DNA from: a virus | Strand: one strand, 5' to 3' | Length of the DNA stretch: 42,538 nt | UHGV virus genome: UHGV-0192467 | Shown here: in pieces, positions 1 through 7,250 of the stretch | Layout of the letters: each line of letters starts with the position of its first letter | Position numbering within the stretch: position 1 is the stretch's first letter | Notes under the pieces: generated by a model | Database searches by the model: none | Seen by the model: only the letters and a program-made list of their open reading frames with translations | What the model was told of the DNA's origin: nothing | Program-made: the position numbers and the translations under genes

Positions 1-27
1 ATGACCTCAGAAAGCGAGGTGCAACGC

Positions 28-456
28 ATGGCTTATAACTACCCATTCCCACAGCCCGCTGTGCCGGGATATTTCAACGCCAACTACATGCCCCCTCAGC
101 CGCAGATGATGCAAATGACGCAACAGGTGCCGCCGCAGAACAGCGGCGCGCAGAGCAATGTGTCGTGGATCTACGTCAACGGCGTGCAGGGCGCGCGCGA
201 CCACATCGTCCAGCCCGGACAGACGGCGTGGATGATGGACAATAACGACCCGGTCATCCACGTCAAGGCCGTGGACAGCATGGGCACGGCGACGCTCAAG
301 TCGTTCCGGCTGCTGGAAATCGACCCGCAGGCTCAGACGCAGGCTGCGCCCGCGCCCCAGATCGACGTGTCGCAGTTTGCCACCAAGGACGAGATCAAGG
401 CTGTGTCGGACAAACTGTCGCAGCTTGAAAACGCGCTGGGAGGGATCAACCTGTGA
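28..456 (+). CDS. Gln/Pro-rich hypothetical protein, gene 1 of a five-gene cassette
   Basis: GAGGT RBS at 16-20 favours ATG 28 over ATG 1; low-complexity N-terminus, then a globular core (WIYVNGVQGA...WMMDNNDPVIHVKAVD) and a C-terminal coiled coil. Confidence 0.8.
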   Translation: MAYNYPFPQPAVPGYFNANYMPPQPQMMQMTQQVPPQNSGAQSNVSWIYVNGVQGARDHIVQPGQTAWMMDNNDPVIHVKAVDSMGTATLKSFRLLEIDPQAQTQAAPAPQIDVSQFATKDEIKAVSDKLSQLENALGGINL

Positions 457-671
457 GCAACCCTCTCATCGGCATGATGGCCAAACAGGCCAACGCCCAG
501 GCCCCCGGCTTGCAGATGCTCCAGAAATTCAAGGAGTTTCGAAAAATGTGGTCGCCGCAGTCTGCGAAGCAGAAACTCAATGACATGCTGCAAAATGGCG
601 AGATCAACGGCCAGCAACTGGAGCAGGCGAAGCAGATGGCCGAGCAGATGCAGGACTTTTTCAAAAAATGA
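453..671 (+). CDS. small helical hypothetical protein, cassette gene 2
   Basis: GTGA overlap with the upstream stop; GGAGG RBS; Q/M-rich, 72 aa. Confidence 0.8.
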   Translation: MSNPLIGMMAKQANAQAPGLQMLQKFKEFRKMWSPQSAKQKLNDMLQNGEINGQQLEQAKQMAEQMQDFFKK

Positions 672-728
672 TTCTTTCGCCCGGAGCGCTACGGGCTGAA
701 GATAAATATCAAAAAAGGAGTGACCTAA

Positions 729-1427
729 ATGGACAATATGTCTCTTGCCGACATCGCGGCCGTGACCAATAAGGATCGCAACTGCGACGGTTTCTTCGGC
801 GACGGCGGTTTCTTCTGGATCGTCGTGCTCTTCTTGGTATTCGGCATGATGGGCGGCGGCCTGTGGGGCAACGGCAATGCCGGCCTTCAGGGAGCGCTCA
901 CCCGCGGCGAGATGGCCGACGGTTTTAACACCGCCGAAATCCTCCGCAACCAGAACGGCCTGATGCGTGACCAGTTTGGCGTGCAGCGCGACGTGCTGGA
1001 GAATCGCTACAACACCCAGCTCGGCTTGGCCGGCATCGACAAGTCGATCATGGAAAATCGGTTTGCCGCCCAGCAGTGCTGCTGCACCACCCAGAAGGAA
1101 ATCATGCAGAACCGCTACGACGCGGCCCTGCAGGCTCAGGCCATGCAGGCCCAGCAGGCGCAGTGTTGCTGCGATGTGAAGACGGCGATCCACGCGGAGG
1201 GCGAGGCCACCCGCGCGCTCATCAACGCCAACACGATGCAGGAGCTGCGCGACAACCTGCAGGCGGCCCAGCTCCAGCTCGGCACGCTGTCGCAGACCAA
1301 CACGCTGCTCTCGGCCATCAACAAGACCCCTGTGCCGGCGTATCTGACGTGCAGCCCGTATCAGTCGGGCTACAACCCCTACGCCGCGCAGGGCTGCGGA
1401 AACTGCGGAGCCGGTTACGTCGCGTAA
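729..1427 (+). CDS. membrane-anchored coiled-coil protein with Cys clusters, cassette gene 3
   Basis: AAGGAG RBS; hydrophobic segment FFWIVVLFLVFGMMGGG; repeated 'NR(Y/F)...Q(Q)CCC' units; Cys/Gly-rich tail. Confidence 0.85.
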   Translation: MDNMSLADIAAVTNKDRNCDGFFGDGGFFWIVVLFLVFGMMGGGLWGNGNAGLQGALTRGEMADGFNTAEILRNQNGLMRDQFGVQRDVLENRYNTQLGLAGIDKSIMENRFAAQQCCCTTQKEIMQNRYDAALQAQAMQAQQAQCCCDVKTAIHAEGEATRALINANTMQELRDNLQAAQLQLGTLSQTNTLLSAINKTPVPAYLTCSPYQSGYNPYAAQGCGNCGAGYVA

Positions 1428-1513
1428 CCAACTGACATACGCGTTATAACAGCGCCTGCGCCCGTCCGAGCCATGCGCCGGGCGGGCGCTATGAATTGGA
1501 AAGGAGAAACGAT

Positions 1514-1948
1514 ATGTCCTGCAATTGCAAAAACGTCCACCAGAAGTCTGCGCAGGCCGCATACAACGCCGCTTTGCAGACCTACACCGCCGATGGGACG
1601 ACCATCAACGTGCTCGGCACCCAGATCACCGACACCGGCTGTTCCATCACCACCCAGAGCGGCGGCTTCCGCATCAACGCCGGCGGCCTCTTCCGCGTCA
1701 GTTTTGACGTGACCAGCACCCCCGGCGCGGCGGGCGCTCAGGTGCTCCAGCTCTACAACGGCTCCACGCCCATGCCCTGCGCGATGACCACGGATACCGT
1801 GGCGGCAGGAGGCGAAATCACCCAGCACGTGGAGACGGTGGTACGGCTTGCCACCTGCTGCGCGATCCAGCCCGTCATCAGCGCGCGTCTGAGCGGCGCC
1901 GCCGGAACGGTCAGCCACGTATGCGCCAGCGCGGTCAAGCTGGCATAA
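1514..1948 (+). CDS. beta-rich protein resembling a C1q/BclA C-terminal-like jelly roll, cassette gene 4
   Basis: AAGGAG RBS before ATG 1514; pattern FRINAGGLFRVSFDV...LQLYNGSTPMP...SAVKLA; the fold call is inference. Confidence 0.7.
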   Translation: MSCNCKNVHQKSAQAAYNAALQTYTADGTTINVLGTQITDTGCSITTQSGGFRINAGGLFRVSFDVTSTPGAAGAQVLQLYNGSTPMPCAMTTDTVAAGGEITQHVETVVRLATCCAIQPVISARLSGAAGTVSHVCASAVKLA

Positions 1949-1960
1949 GGAGGCGCGAAT

Positions 1961-2281
1961 ATGAAGATCATCAAGCGCCTGAGCAACGACATCGCAGGTA
2001 ACATCGAGGAGGCCCGCGGCAAAATCCGCACAGCCTACGACCTCAAGGCGGAGCATCCCGAGGCCGCCGCGTGGTATCGCGAGATGGCCGCAGCCCACAT
2101 CAATTTCAACACCAACGGTCACGCCGTGGTGAAGAAGCTGATCGAGGGATACAAGGCCTCCGAGGAGTACAAGCGCAACCCCGCCTACGCCGACGGTATG
2201 ATCGTCGCGTGGGAAGCCATCCACAATGACCTAATCGCCAAGACCGCAGAGGTCAAGGCGATGATCGATGGCTGGAAGTAA
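1961..2281 (+). CDS. helical-bundle (possibly ferritin-like) hypothetical protein, cassette gene 5
   Basis: AAGGAGG RBS; all-helical pattern, 106 aa. Confidence 0.75.
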   Translation: MKIIKRLSNDIAGNIEEARGKIRTAYDLKAEHPEAAAWYREMAAAHINFNTNGHAVVKKLIEGYKASEEYKRNPAYADGMIVAWEAIHNDLIAKTAEVKAMIDGWK

Positions 2282-2288
2282 AAACGGA

Positions 2289-2336
2289 TGAGACAACTTG
2301 CGCCCAAGAACACATTCTTCAGCGCAAGTTGTCTCA
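2289..2336. other. putative attP site for the serine integrase
   Basis: perfect 15-bp inverted arms TGAGACAACTTGCGC (2289-2303) / GCGCAAGTTGTCTCA (2322-2336); inner IR AAGAA/TTCTT; centre at 2312-2313 (AC); 5 bp from the integrase stop. Confidence 0.7.
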
Positions 2337-2341
2337 AATAA

Positions 2342-3919
2342 TTACTTTGGCAGACGCGGGTAGATTTCGAGGGTGAGGCTTTCCAAAGGGGAATGGCCGC
2401 GCAGTGTTTTTGCGATTTTGAAGTAGACGATGTGGTCGATGACGGTTTTGAGCAGGGCGTTTTTTTCGGCGGGGTCGTCGGTGGCGGCATAGGCTTCCAA
2501 CACGTTTTTGACGAGGGGGGCGAATTCGGCCAAGACCTGTTCCATCGGCTTTTCCTTGGGGCGGAGCTGCTCAAGGGCATTTTGGCAGGCTTCGATTCGA
2601 GCGCGGAGATCGCGCTCACGCTCAAGGTATACGTCTACGGTGTATACGCCCTGCTCCAGCAGATCGCGCAGACGGGACAGCTGTTTGTTCAGCGTGGCGA
2701 TCTGCTTTTCCTGTGCCGCGCGGAGAGCGTCGTTGTTTTCGGTCTGCTGCTTCTGCTCCTCCGGGAGGCGGGATACGTCGTAGTCGACCCACGATTGCAG
2801 CGTATTTAGCACGACCTGCTCAACCGGGCGAAAGCGGATGCCAAAGCTGGTGCACGTGTTGATGTAGGTGCATTTGAGATATGCGCCGTCGAGGCCGCGG
2901 CCGGCGTTGCTCATGCGGACGGCGTAGCCGCAGTGGCCGCAGCGGATCAGCCCGGTGAGCGGATTGACGCATTTTCTCTTGCCGGGGATGGGCGCGTTTC
3001 GGCGGTCGACGATGAGCTCCTGCGCGCGGTCGAAAAGGGCCTCGTCGATAATGGCCTCGTGGTATCCGGGCACGACGATGTGGTCATCGGAGAGGGGACG
3101 CTTTTTGACCTTTTGACCATCCTGCATATGGACTTGCTCCCGGCGCTGATACCATTGCACGCAGCCCTTGTAGGTGGGATTTTTGAGGACGTTAAGCACG
3201 CGATCCGATTGCCACGGGAGGCCTTGGAGCGTCTTGACGCCCATGCTGTTGAGCCTGTTGGCAATGCGCTGGCACCCGAGGGTTTCGCCGTTTTCGCCGT
3301 GGAGATACCAGTCGTAGATTTTGCGCACGACTGCGGCCTGATCCTCGACGATCCTCAGCGACCACCCGCGCCGGTCGGGCAGCTTATAGCGCTCATAGCC
3401 ATAGATCGGGCGGCTGGAGACGTAATAGCCCTCCTTGACCGCGTTGACGCGGCCCGTCTGCATGCGGCGCTTGATCATCTGGTATTCGCGCCGGGCGAAA
3501 AAAAGGCGGATTTCGAAAAATTCGTTGTCCGCGGGGTCTTCCGGGTCGTACACCTTGAGCGGGGTGACGATCAACGTCTGGGAATACAAAAACGTCTGCG
3601 CGACAAGACCCTGATCCATCGTGTCGCCGCGGGCCAGACGGTCGATGTCCGCGACGAATACGCCGTTCCAACGGCCAAGCTCCACGTCCTGCATCAGGCG
3701 GCGCATTTCGGGGCGGTCGGCGATGGTGTCGCCGGAGACGATCTCCCGATAGACGGCCGATTCGGGGATGGGATGGCCGAGCATGCGCCCGGCCAGCTCC
3801 TGGAGCATCATGTAATGGCGCGCCAGCGTCTCACCGGCGCCCATGCGCTCCGCGTCGTCGTCCGCGCGGGATCGGCGCAGATACATGCAATAGCTGCCAA
3901 ATTTATTTACCGTATCCAT
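2342..3919 (-). CDS. int: large serine recombinase (integrase)
   Basis: YLRRS catalytic Ser motif, DIDRLAR motif, recombinase domain (PIYGY, VLKNPTYKG, HEAII), Zn ribbon CGHCG, coiled coil; 525 aa. Confidence 0.95.
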   Translation of the reverse strand: MDTVNKFGSYCMYLRRSRADDDAERMGAGETLARHYMMLQELAGRMLGHPIPESAVYREIVSGDTIADRPEMRRLMQDVELGRWNGVFVADIDRLARGDTMDQGLVAQTFLYSQTLIVTPLKVYDPEDPADNEFFEIRLFFARREYQMIKRRMQTGRVNAVKEGYYVSSRPIYGYERYKLPDRRGWSLRIVEDQAAVVRKIYDWYLHGENGETLGCQRIANRLNSMGVKTLQGLPWQSDRVLNVLKNPTYKGCVQWYQRREQVHMQDGQKVKKRPLSDDHIVVPGYHEAIIDEALFDRAQELIVDRRNAPIPGKRKCVNPLTGLIRCGHCGYAVRMSNAGRGLDGAYLKCTYINTCTSFGIRFRPVEQVVLNTLQSWVDYDVSRLPEEQKQQTENNDALRAAQEKQIATLNKQLSRLRDLLEQGVYTVDVYLERERDLRARIEACQNALEQLRPKEKPMEQVLAEFAPLVKNVLEAYAATDDPAEKNALLKTVIDHIVYFKIAKTLRGHSPLESLTLEIYPRLPK

Positions 3920-4241
3920 TTAATTTCTCCTTTTCCTCTAAAAACGCGCAGAACCCGATGGCCTGCGGCGATCCGAACCTTGCCACAAAGTCGTCGTCGC
4001 CCATCCGGCGGATGCAGACATAGTGCGTATTCGGCCAGCCGATGCGGTCATCGGGGCCGAGGTCGTCGCTGATGGAGACGTCCTCCGCAGCAAACGCGTC
4101 GCCGCGGTAGCCGAGTTCGTGGTGCAGCTTATTGTAAGCTACCGCAAGGCCAGCCTTCAGCTCATCAACGGTACGATATTCGCGCATGGTCTTCATTGCT
4201 TCATCGAGAGTGCCTCTGTGGTCGCGATACAGGATCTTCAT
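3903..4241 (-). CDS. hypothetical protein overlapping the integrase start
   Basis: GGAGG RBS; 112 aa; 17-nt overlap with int. Confidence 0.75.
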   Translation of the reverse strand: MKILYRDHRGTLDEAMKTMREYRTVDELKAGLAVAYNKLHHELGYRGDAFAAEDVSISDDLGPDDRIGWPNTHYVCIRRMGDDDFVARFGSPQAIGFCAFLEEKEKLNGYGK

Positions 4242-4260
4242 GTTTATTCCTCCCGTCTCA

Positions 4261-4761
4261 TTACATCAATGGCCACAGCGCGGCGAACATGTCTTCCGCG
4301 TAGAGCATCATGGCCGCAGAATACTGGATGTAGCCCCTGCCGGGGTGCAGCACGTCCCAGACGAGCAGGGCGATGATAAAGAGCATCTCCCCCATCGCTA
4401 TCGACCGCCACCAGACGAGGTTTTCGTGCAGGGTCGTGTGGACGCAGGAGGTCATCACGTCGCGGAACGCGCCGCGGCATGCCTCGGCCACGTCCTCGCG
4501 TATGAGGCAGAGGGGCGAGTGGGGCGCGGGCGAATCGGAGCCGTCCGGGGGAGGCGCGGCGAGGCCGCAGAACGAATCGACGCTCGCGCCGAAAAACGCG
4601 AGAATGGCGACGACGTCCTGAAACGACGGCCGGGCGGTCTGGCCGGAGAAGATGCTGCTGACGGTGCCCACGGGGATGCCGGTGCCGTCGGCGATCTGCT
4701 GATGGGTCATGTGCTGCTGTTCCTTGAGGAGATTCAGTTCGGCGCGCAAATCCATATTCAT
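4261..4761 (-). CDS. XRE-type HTH protein with C-terminal transmembrane segment
   Basis: HTH MTHQQIADGTGIPVGTVSSIFSG..RPSF; hydrophobic MLFIIALLVWDV. Confidence 0.8.
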   Translation of the reverse strand: MNMDLRAELNLLKEQQHMTHQQIADGTGIPVGTVSSIFSGQTARPSFQDVVAILAFFGASVDSFCGLAAPPPDGSDSPAPHSPLCLIREDVAEACRGAFRDVMTSCVHTTLHENLVWWRSIAMGEMLFIIALLVWDVLHPGRGYIQYSAAMMLYAEDMFAALWPLM

Positions 4762-4921
4762 TCGACCTTTCTAATGCGAAACAGACAAAAAAGCGGGTGT
4801 AAACATGTCGTGATTGGGAAGTCGTGTAAGGAAAATATGAAACAGATGGTTACAGGCCTTGCGCATGGCCGGTGCACGTCCTATGCTGGATACAGCCATC
4901 AGGGATGCACCTGATACTTTA

Positions 4922-4932
4922 AGTATACCACA
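4922..4932 (-). promoter_or_regulatory. leftward extended -10 element TGTGGTATACT
   Basis: same TGTGNTATACT motif as at 6378-6388 and 7205-7215; upstream of the leftward integrase-side genes. Confidence 0.5.
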
Positions 4933-4963
4933 GTTTGTCAAGTAACCAACAGGAGGAGACGAC

Positions 4964-5152
4964 ATGCACGAGCAGGAGTACGGACAGATCACGGCGGGTT
5001 TCAGACGGCGCTACATCCGGGCCAGGGAGTTTTCGCAGGTATTGCGATTCGTTTCGCTGCCGAAAAGGACGGTTTACATCAACGTTTGCGCCGAAAAAGG
5101 TGCAAAAATCATCAAGCTGTCCTTCAATGATAAGGATTTGTTAAGAATTTAA
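4964..5152 (+). CDS. small hypothetical protein
   Basis: AGGAGGAG RBS; followed immediately by a terminator. Confidence 0.6.
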   Translation: MHEQEYGQITAGFRRRYIRAREFSQVLRFVSLPKRTVYINVCAEKGAKIIKLSFNDKDLLRI

Positions 5153-5153
5153 G

Positions 5154-5187
5154 AAACAGCCGCCCGAGGGATTGGGCGGCTGTTTTT
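5154..5187. terminator. bidirectional intrinsic terminator
   Basis: AAACAGCCGCCC / GGGCGGCTGTTT stem between convergent genes. Confidence 0.8.
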
Positions 5188-5193
5188 GCGGGG

Positions 5194-5649
5194 TCACTGG
5201 GCTTTTTCGTCGGAATGGGCGTCGATGACGCGGGCGGTCAGGTACTCGCCCACGTCCGGCTCGGGCTCGCCCTCGGCGCGGGCCTTGGCCACGGCGGCGG
5301 CGAATCCCTCGAGGATTTCCTCCACCAGATGGCGGCGCGGCTCGTCCAGCTGGAGATAGGTCGTCAGGATGGCCCGGAGAATCGGGCTGCCGTGATACGC
5401 CCGCACCAGCTGATCCACAAGGGCCTGATCGTCTTGGGAATGCGGCTGAAACATGTCGCCTTTTCCAGTTTCGAGCCATTCGCGATTGACACCAAGATTA
5501 TCGCAAAGCAACATGAGCGTAGAACCTGAAGGCTTGTTTCGCCCTCTTTCGATGTTCGAGACAGCGGATTCAGAAATTCCGAGGAGTGTGCCGAGCTGTT
5601 TCAACGTAAGCCCCTTTGCTTTTCGAGCTTCCTTAATTCGCTTTTCCAA
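5194..5649 (-). CDS. CI-like XRE-family repressor
   Basis: HTH LTLKQLGTLLGISESAVSNIERG; VNREWLETGKGDMF; TTG start with GGAGGTG RBS; divergent from the early operon. Confidence 0.9.
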   Translation of the reverse strand: MEKRIKEARKAKGLTLKQLGTLLGISESAVSNIERGRNKPSGSTLMLLCDNLGVNREWLETGKGDMFQPHSQDDQALVDQLVRAYHGSPILRAILTTYLQLDEPRRHLVEEILEGFAAAVAKARAEGEPEPDVGEYLTARVIDAHSDEKAQ

Positions 5650-5670
5650 GTTTTCACCTCCTTGATATTG

Positions 5671-5699
5671 ATTATAATACGATAAATACAGTATGTCAA
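5671..5699 (-). promoter_or_regulatory. sigma-A promoter for the repressor
   Basis: TTGACA (5699-5694), 17 bp, TATAAT (5676-5671): perfect consensus. Confidence 0.85.
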
Positions 5700-5718
5700 G
5701 AAAATTTTTGAAAAAGGC

Positions 5719-5747
5719 TTGACAGACTTGAGTATCTGTATTATAAT
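5719..5747 (+). promoter_or_regulatory. sigma-A early (lytic) promoter
   Basis: TTGACA 5719-5724, 17 bp, TATAAT 5742-5747; overlapped by the IR CTTGAGTAT/ATACTCAAG (5727-5735/5754-5762). Confidence 0.85.
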
Positions 5748-5845
5748 CTAGACATACTCAAGGTGATGCTTGAGCAAGCAAAGATTATGATAGGAGGGAC
5801 ACCAATGCGTAAGCGTTACAGGCGACGGGAGGGGGGGTGAACGCC

Positions 5846-6052
5846 ATGCGGAGGATACTGGCGGAGGTGTGGGAATACATCCGATACACGCCGGGGCTTA
5901 TTCTGGATTATTGCATGGAGCACATGTGGGCAGAGATTCTGCTGACGATTGTTGTGTCAATTCTGACGAGCCTGCTAACCATCTTTTCAATCGCTCTCCT
6001 AGCGGCGGCAGGGTGTATACCGTCACCATGGTGGTCAGCAGCGCTACGATAA
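5846..6052 (+). CDS. small membrane protein
   Basis: hydrophobic segment ILLTIVVSILTSLLTIFSIALL; lies just downstream of the early promoter; overlaps an antisense gene. Confidence 0.5.
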   Translation: MRRILAEVWEYIRYTPGLILDYCMEHMWAEILLTIVVSILTSLLTIFSIALLAAAGCIPSPWWSAALR

Positions 6053-6347
6053 CGGGGATGACAATGCTGCGCAGAATGAGTTGGCAGCGCTCGTCCGACC
6101 GGCGCTCAAAGTACGCGATACCCGATGGCGTGAGCGTCACGGCGTAAGGCCCCTGATTATCGGCACTGTGGACGGAGAGCAGGCCAAGACCCTCCAGCGC
6201 ATAAAGCACGTTGGCGAAATCCTTTCGAGCGATCAGCGCCGGAACAGTCGCATCATTAAGCCGAAGCGAATGGCGGGGCGACTGCCGGCAGGCGGAAACG
6301 ATGGCGCGCATGTACAGATCGCGGGTACGGCGCGAGATGGGTTTCAA
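5898..6347 (-). CDS. winged-helix-like protein with C-terminal TM helix
   Basis: TTG start with AAAGG RBS; LYALEGLGLL...VTLTPSGIAYFE; TM IVIPVIVALLTTMV; own extended -10 at 6378-6388. Confidence 0.65.
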   Translation of the reverse strand: MKPISRRTRDLYMRAIVSACRQSPRHSLRLNDATVPALIARKDFANVLYALEGLGLLSVHSADNQGPYAVTLTPSGIAYFERRSDERCQLILRSIVIPVIVALLTTMVTVYTLPPLGERLKRWLAGSSELTQQSSAESLPTCAPCNNPE

Positions 6348-6405
6348 GAGATCACAACCTTTCAACAATTTGAAAAAAGTATAGCACAAAAAGGGAGGAT
6401 GGACA

Positions 6406-6537
6406 ATGGACAAGACCAAGACTGCTGAGAGAATCACGCAGATTTGCACCGAGATGAAGCAGGAGGATCAGGAGAAGATTCTCTGGCTCATGGAAGGCAT
6501 GAAGATGGCGACCACCGCGGAAGCCAAGTCCGCATGA
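6406..6537 (+). CDS. 43-aa protein (MDKTKTAERITQICTEMKQEDQEKILWLMEGMKM...), possible antirepressor
   Basis: GGGAGG RBS; translated by hand (below the ORF track cut-off). Confidence 0.7.
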   Translation: MDKTKTAERITQICTEMKQEDQEKILWLMEGMKMATTAEAKSA

Positions 6538-6569
6538 AAAAGCTCCCCGCCGGAGCGGGGAGCGAAGGG

Positions 6570-7181
6570 TCAGGAATGCGATGGGAAAATCATTGCGCTG
6601 AAGAGCTGCGGCGAATCGGGGGAATAGATGGCGAGAAGGTAGCAACCGTCCTCCGGGAGGAAAGCCGCGGCAAAAGTCGGCGGGGTGGCATACAGAGCTA
6701 AAAACACCTCGGCGAAGTCACAAAACTCAGTTGCAGAAGGGCTGATGGCGTAGGCGGGATCCACGGGCAGATCAGGCGTTGTTTCCAACGTGGTGAAAAA
6801 GAGCGCAGCGGCAGAGGCCGCGTCCGCAGCGGAGGGAAAGGCCCGCCGCAGCTCGACAGAGGTGATGAGACCATCCTCGCAATTGAGGATAATTCCGGCG
6901 CTGTCGGTATTTTGGAACAGGTAGCAGAGGCCGCCGGTCACGGCAGTCCAGTGGGGCTCGGAAGCAAGCGGGCGGGCGTCCTGACCGATGAGCGCGGACA
7001 GGGCGGAAACGTTGTCGATGAAAAAAATGTCGGCGGTTTTGTCCTCAAGCAGGCCGAATACCGACGACAGAACGTCGACCGTGTAGCCGGAAGCGGGCGC
7101 GGGCGTGGGAACGGCTTCCGCGAACGAAGCGGGAGCACAGCAGAGAAGCAGGCAGAGCAGAACCGAGATCAGCTTTTTCAT
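6570..7181 (-). CDS. secreted protein with signal peptide (moron-like)
   Basis: MKKLISVLLCLLLCCAPASFA signal peptide; AGAAAGGA RBS; own promoter at 7205-7215; hairpin at ~6538-6565. Confidence 0.8.
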   Translation of the reverse strand: MKKLISVLLCLLLCCAPASFAEAVPTPAPASGYTVDVLSSVFGLLEDKTADIFFIDNVSALSALIGQDARPLASEPHWTAVTGGLCYLFQNTDSAGIILNCEDGLITSVELRRAFPSAADAASAAALFFTTLETTPDLPVDPAYAISPSATEFCDFAEVFLALYATPPTFAAAFLPEDGCYLLAIYSPDSPQLFSAMIFPSHS

Positions 7182-7250
7182 GGTACACCATCCTTTCTGT
7201 GAAAAGTATATCACAAAAGGGTTAATCGCGCAACGATGGGAGGAAGAACA

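Noticed and set aside
1..27. Start at ATG 1 for the first ORF
   Set aside because: The GAGGT RBS sits at 16-20, favouring ATG 28.
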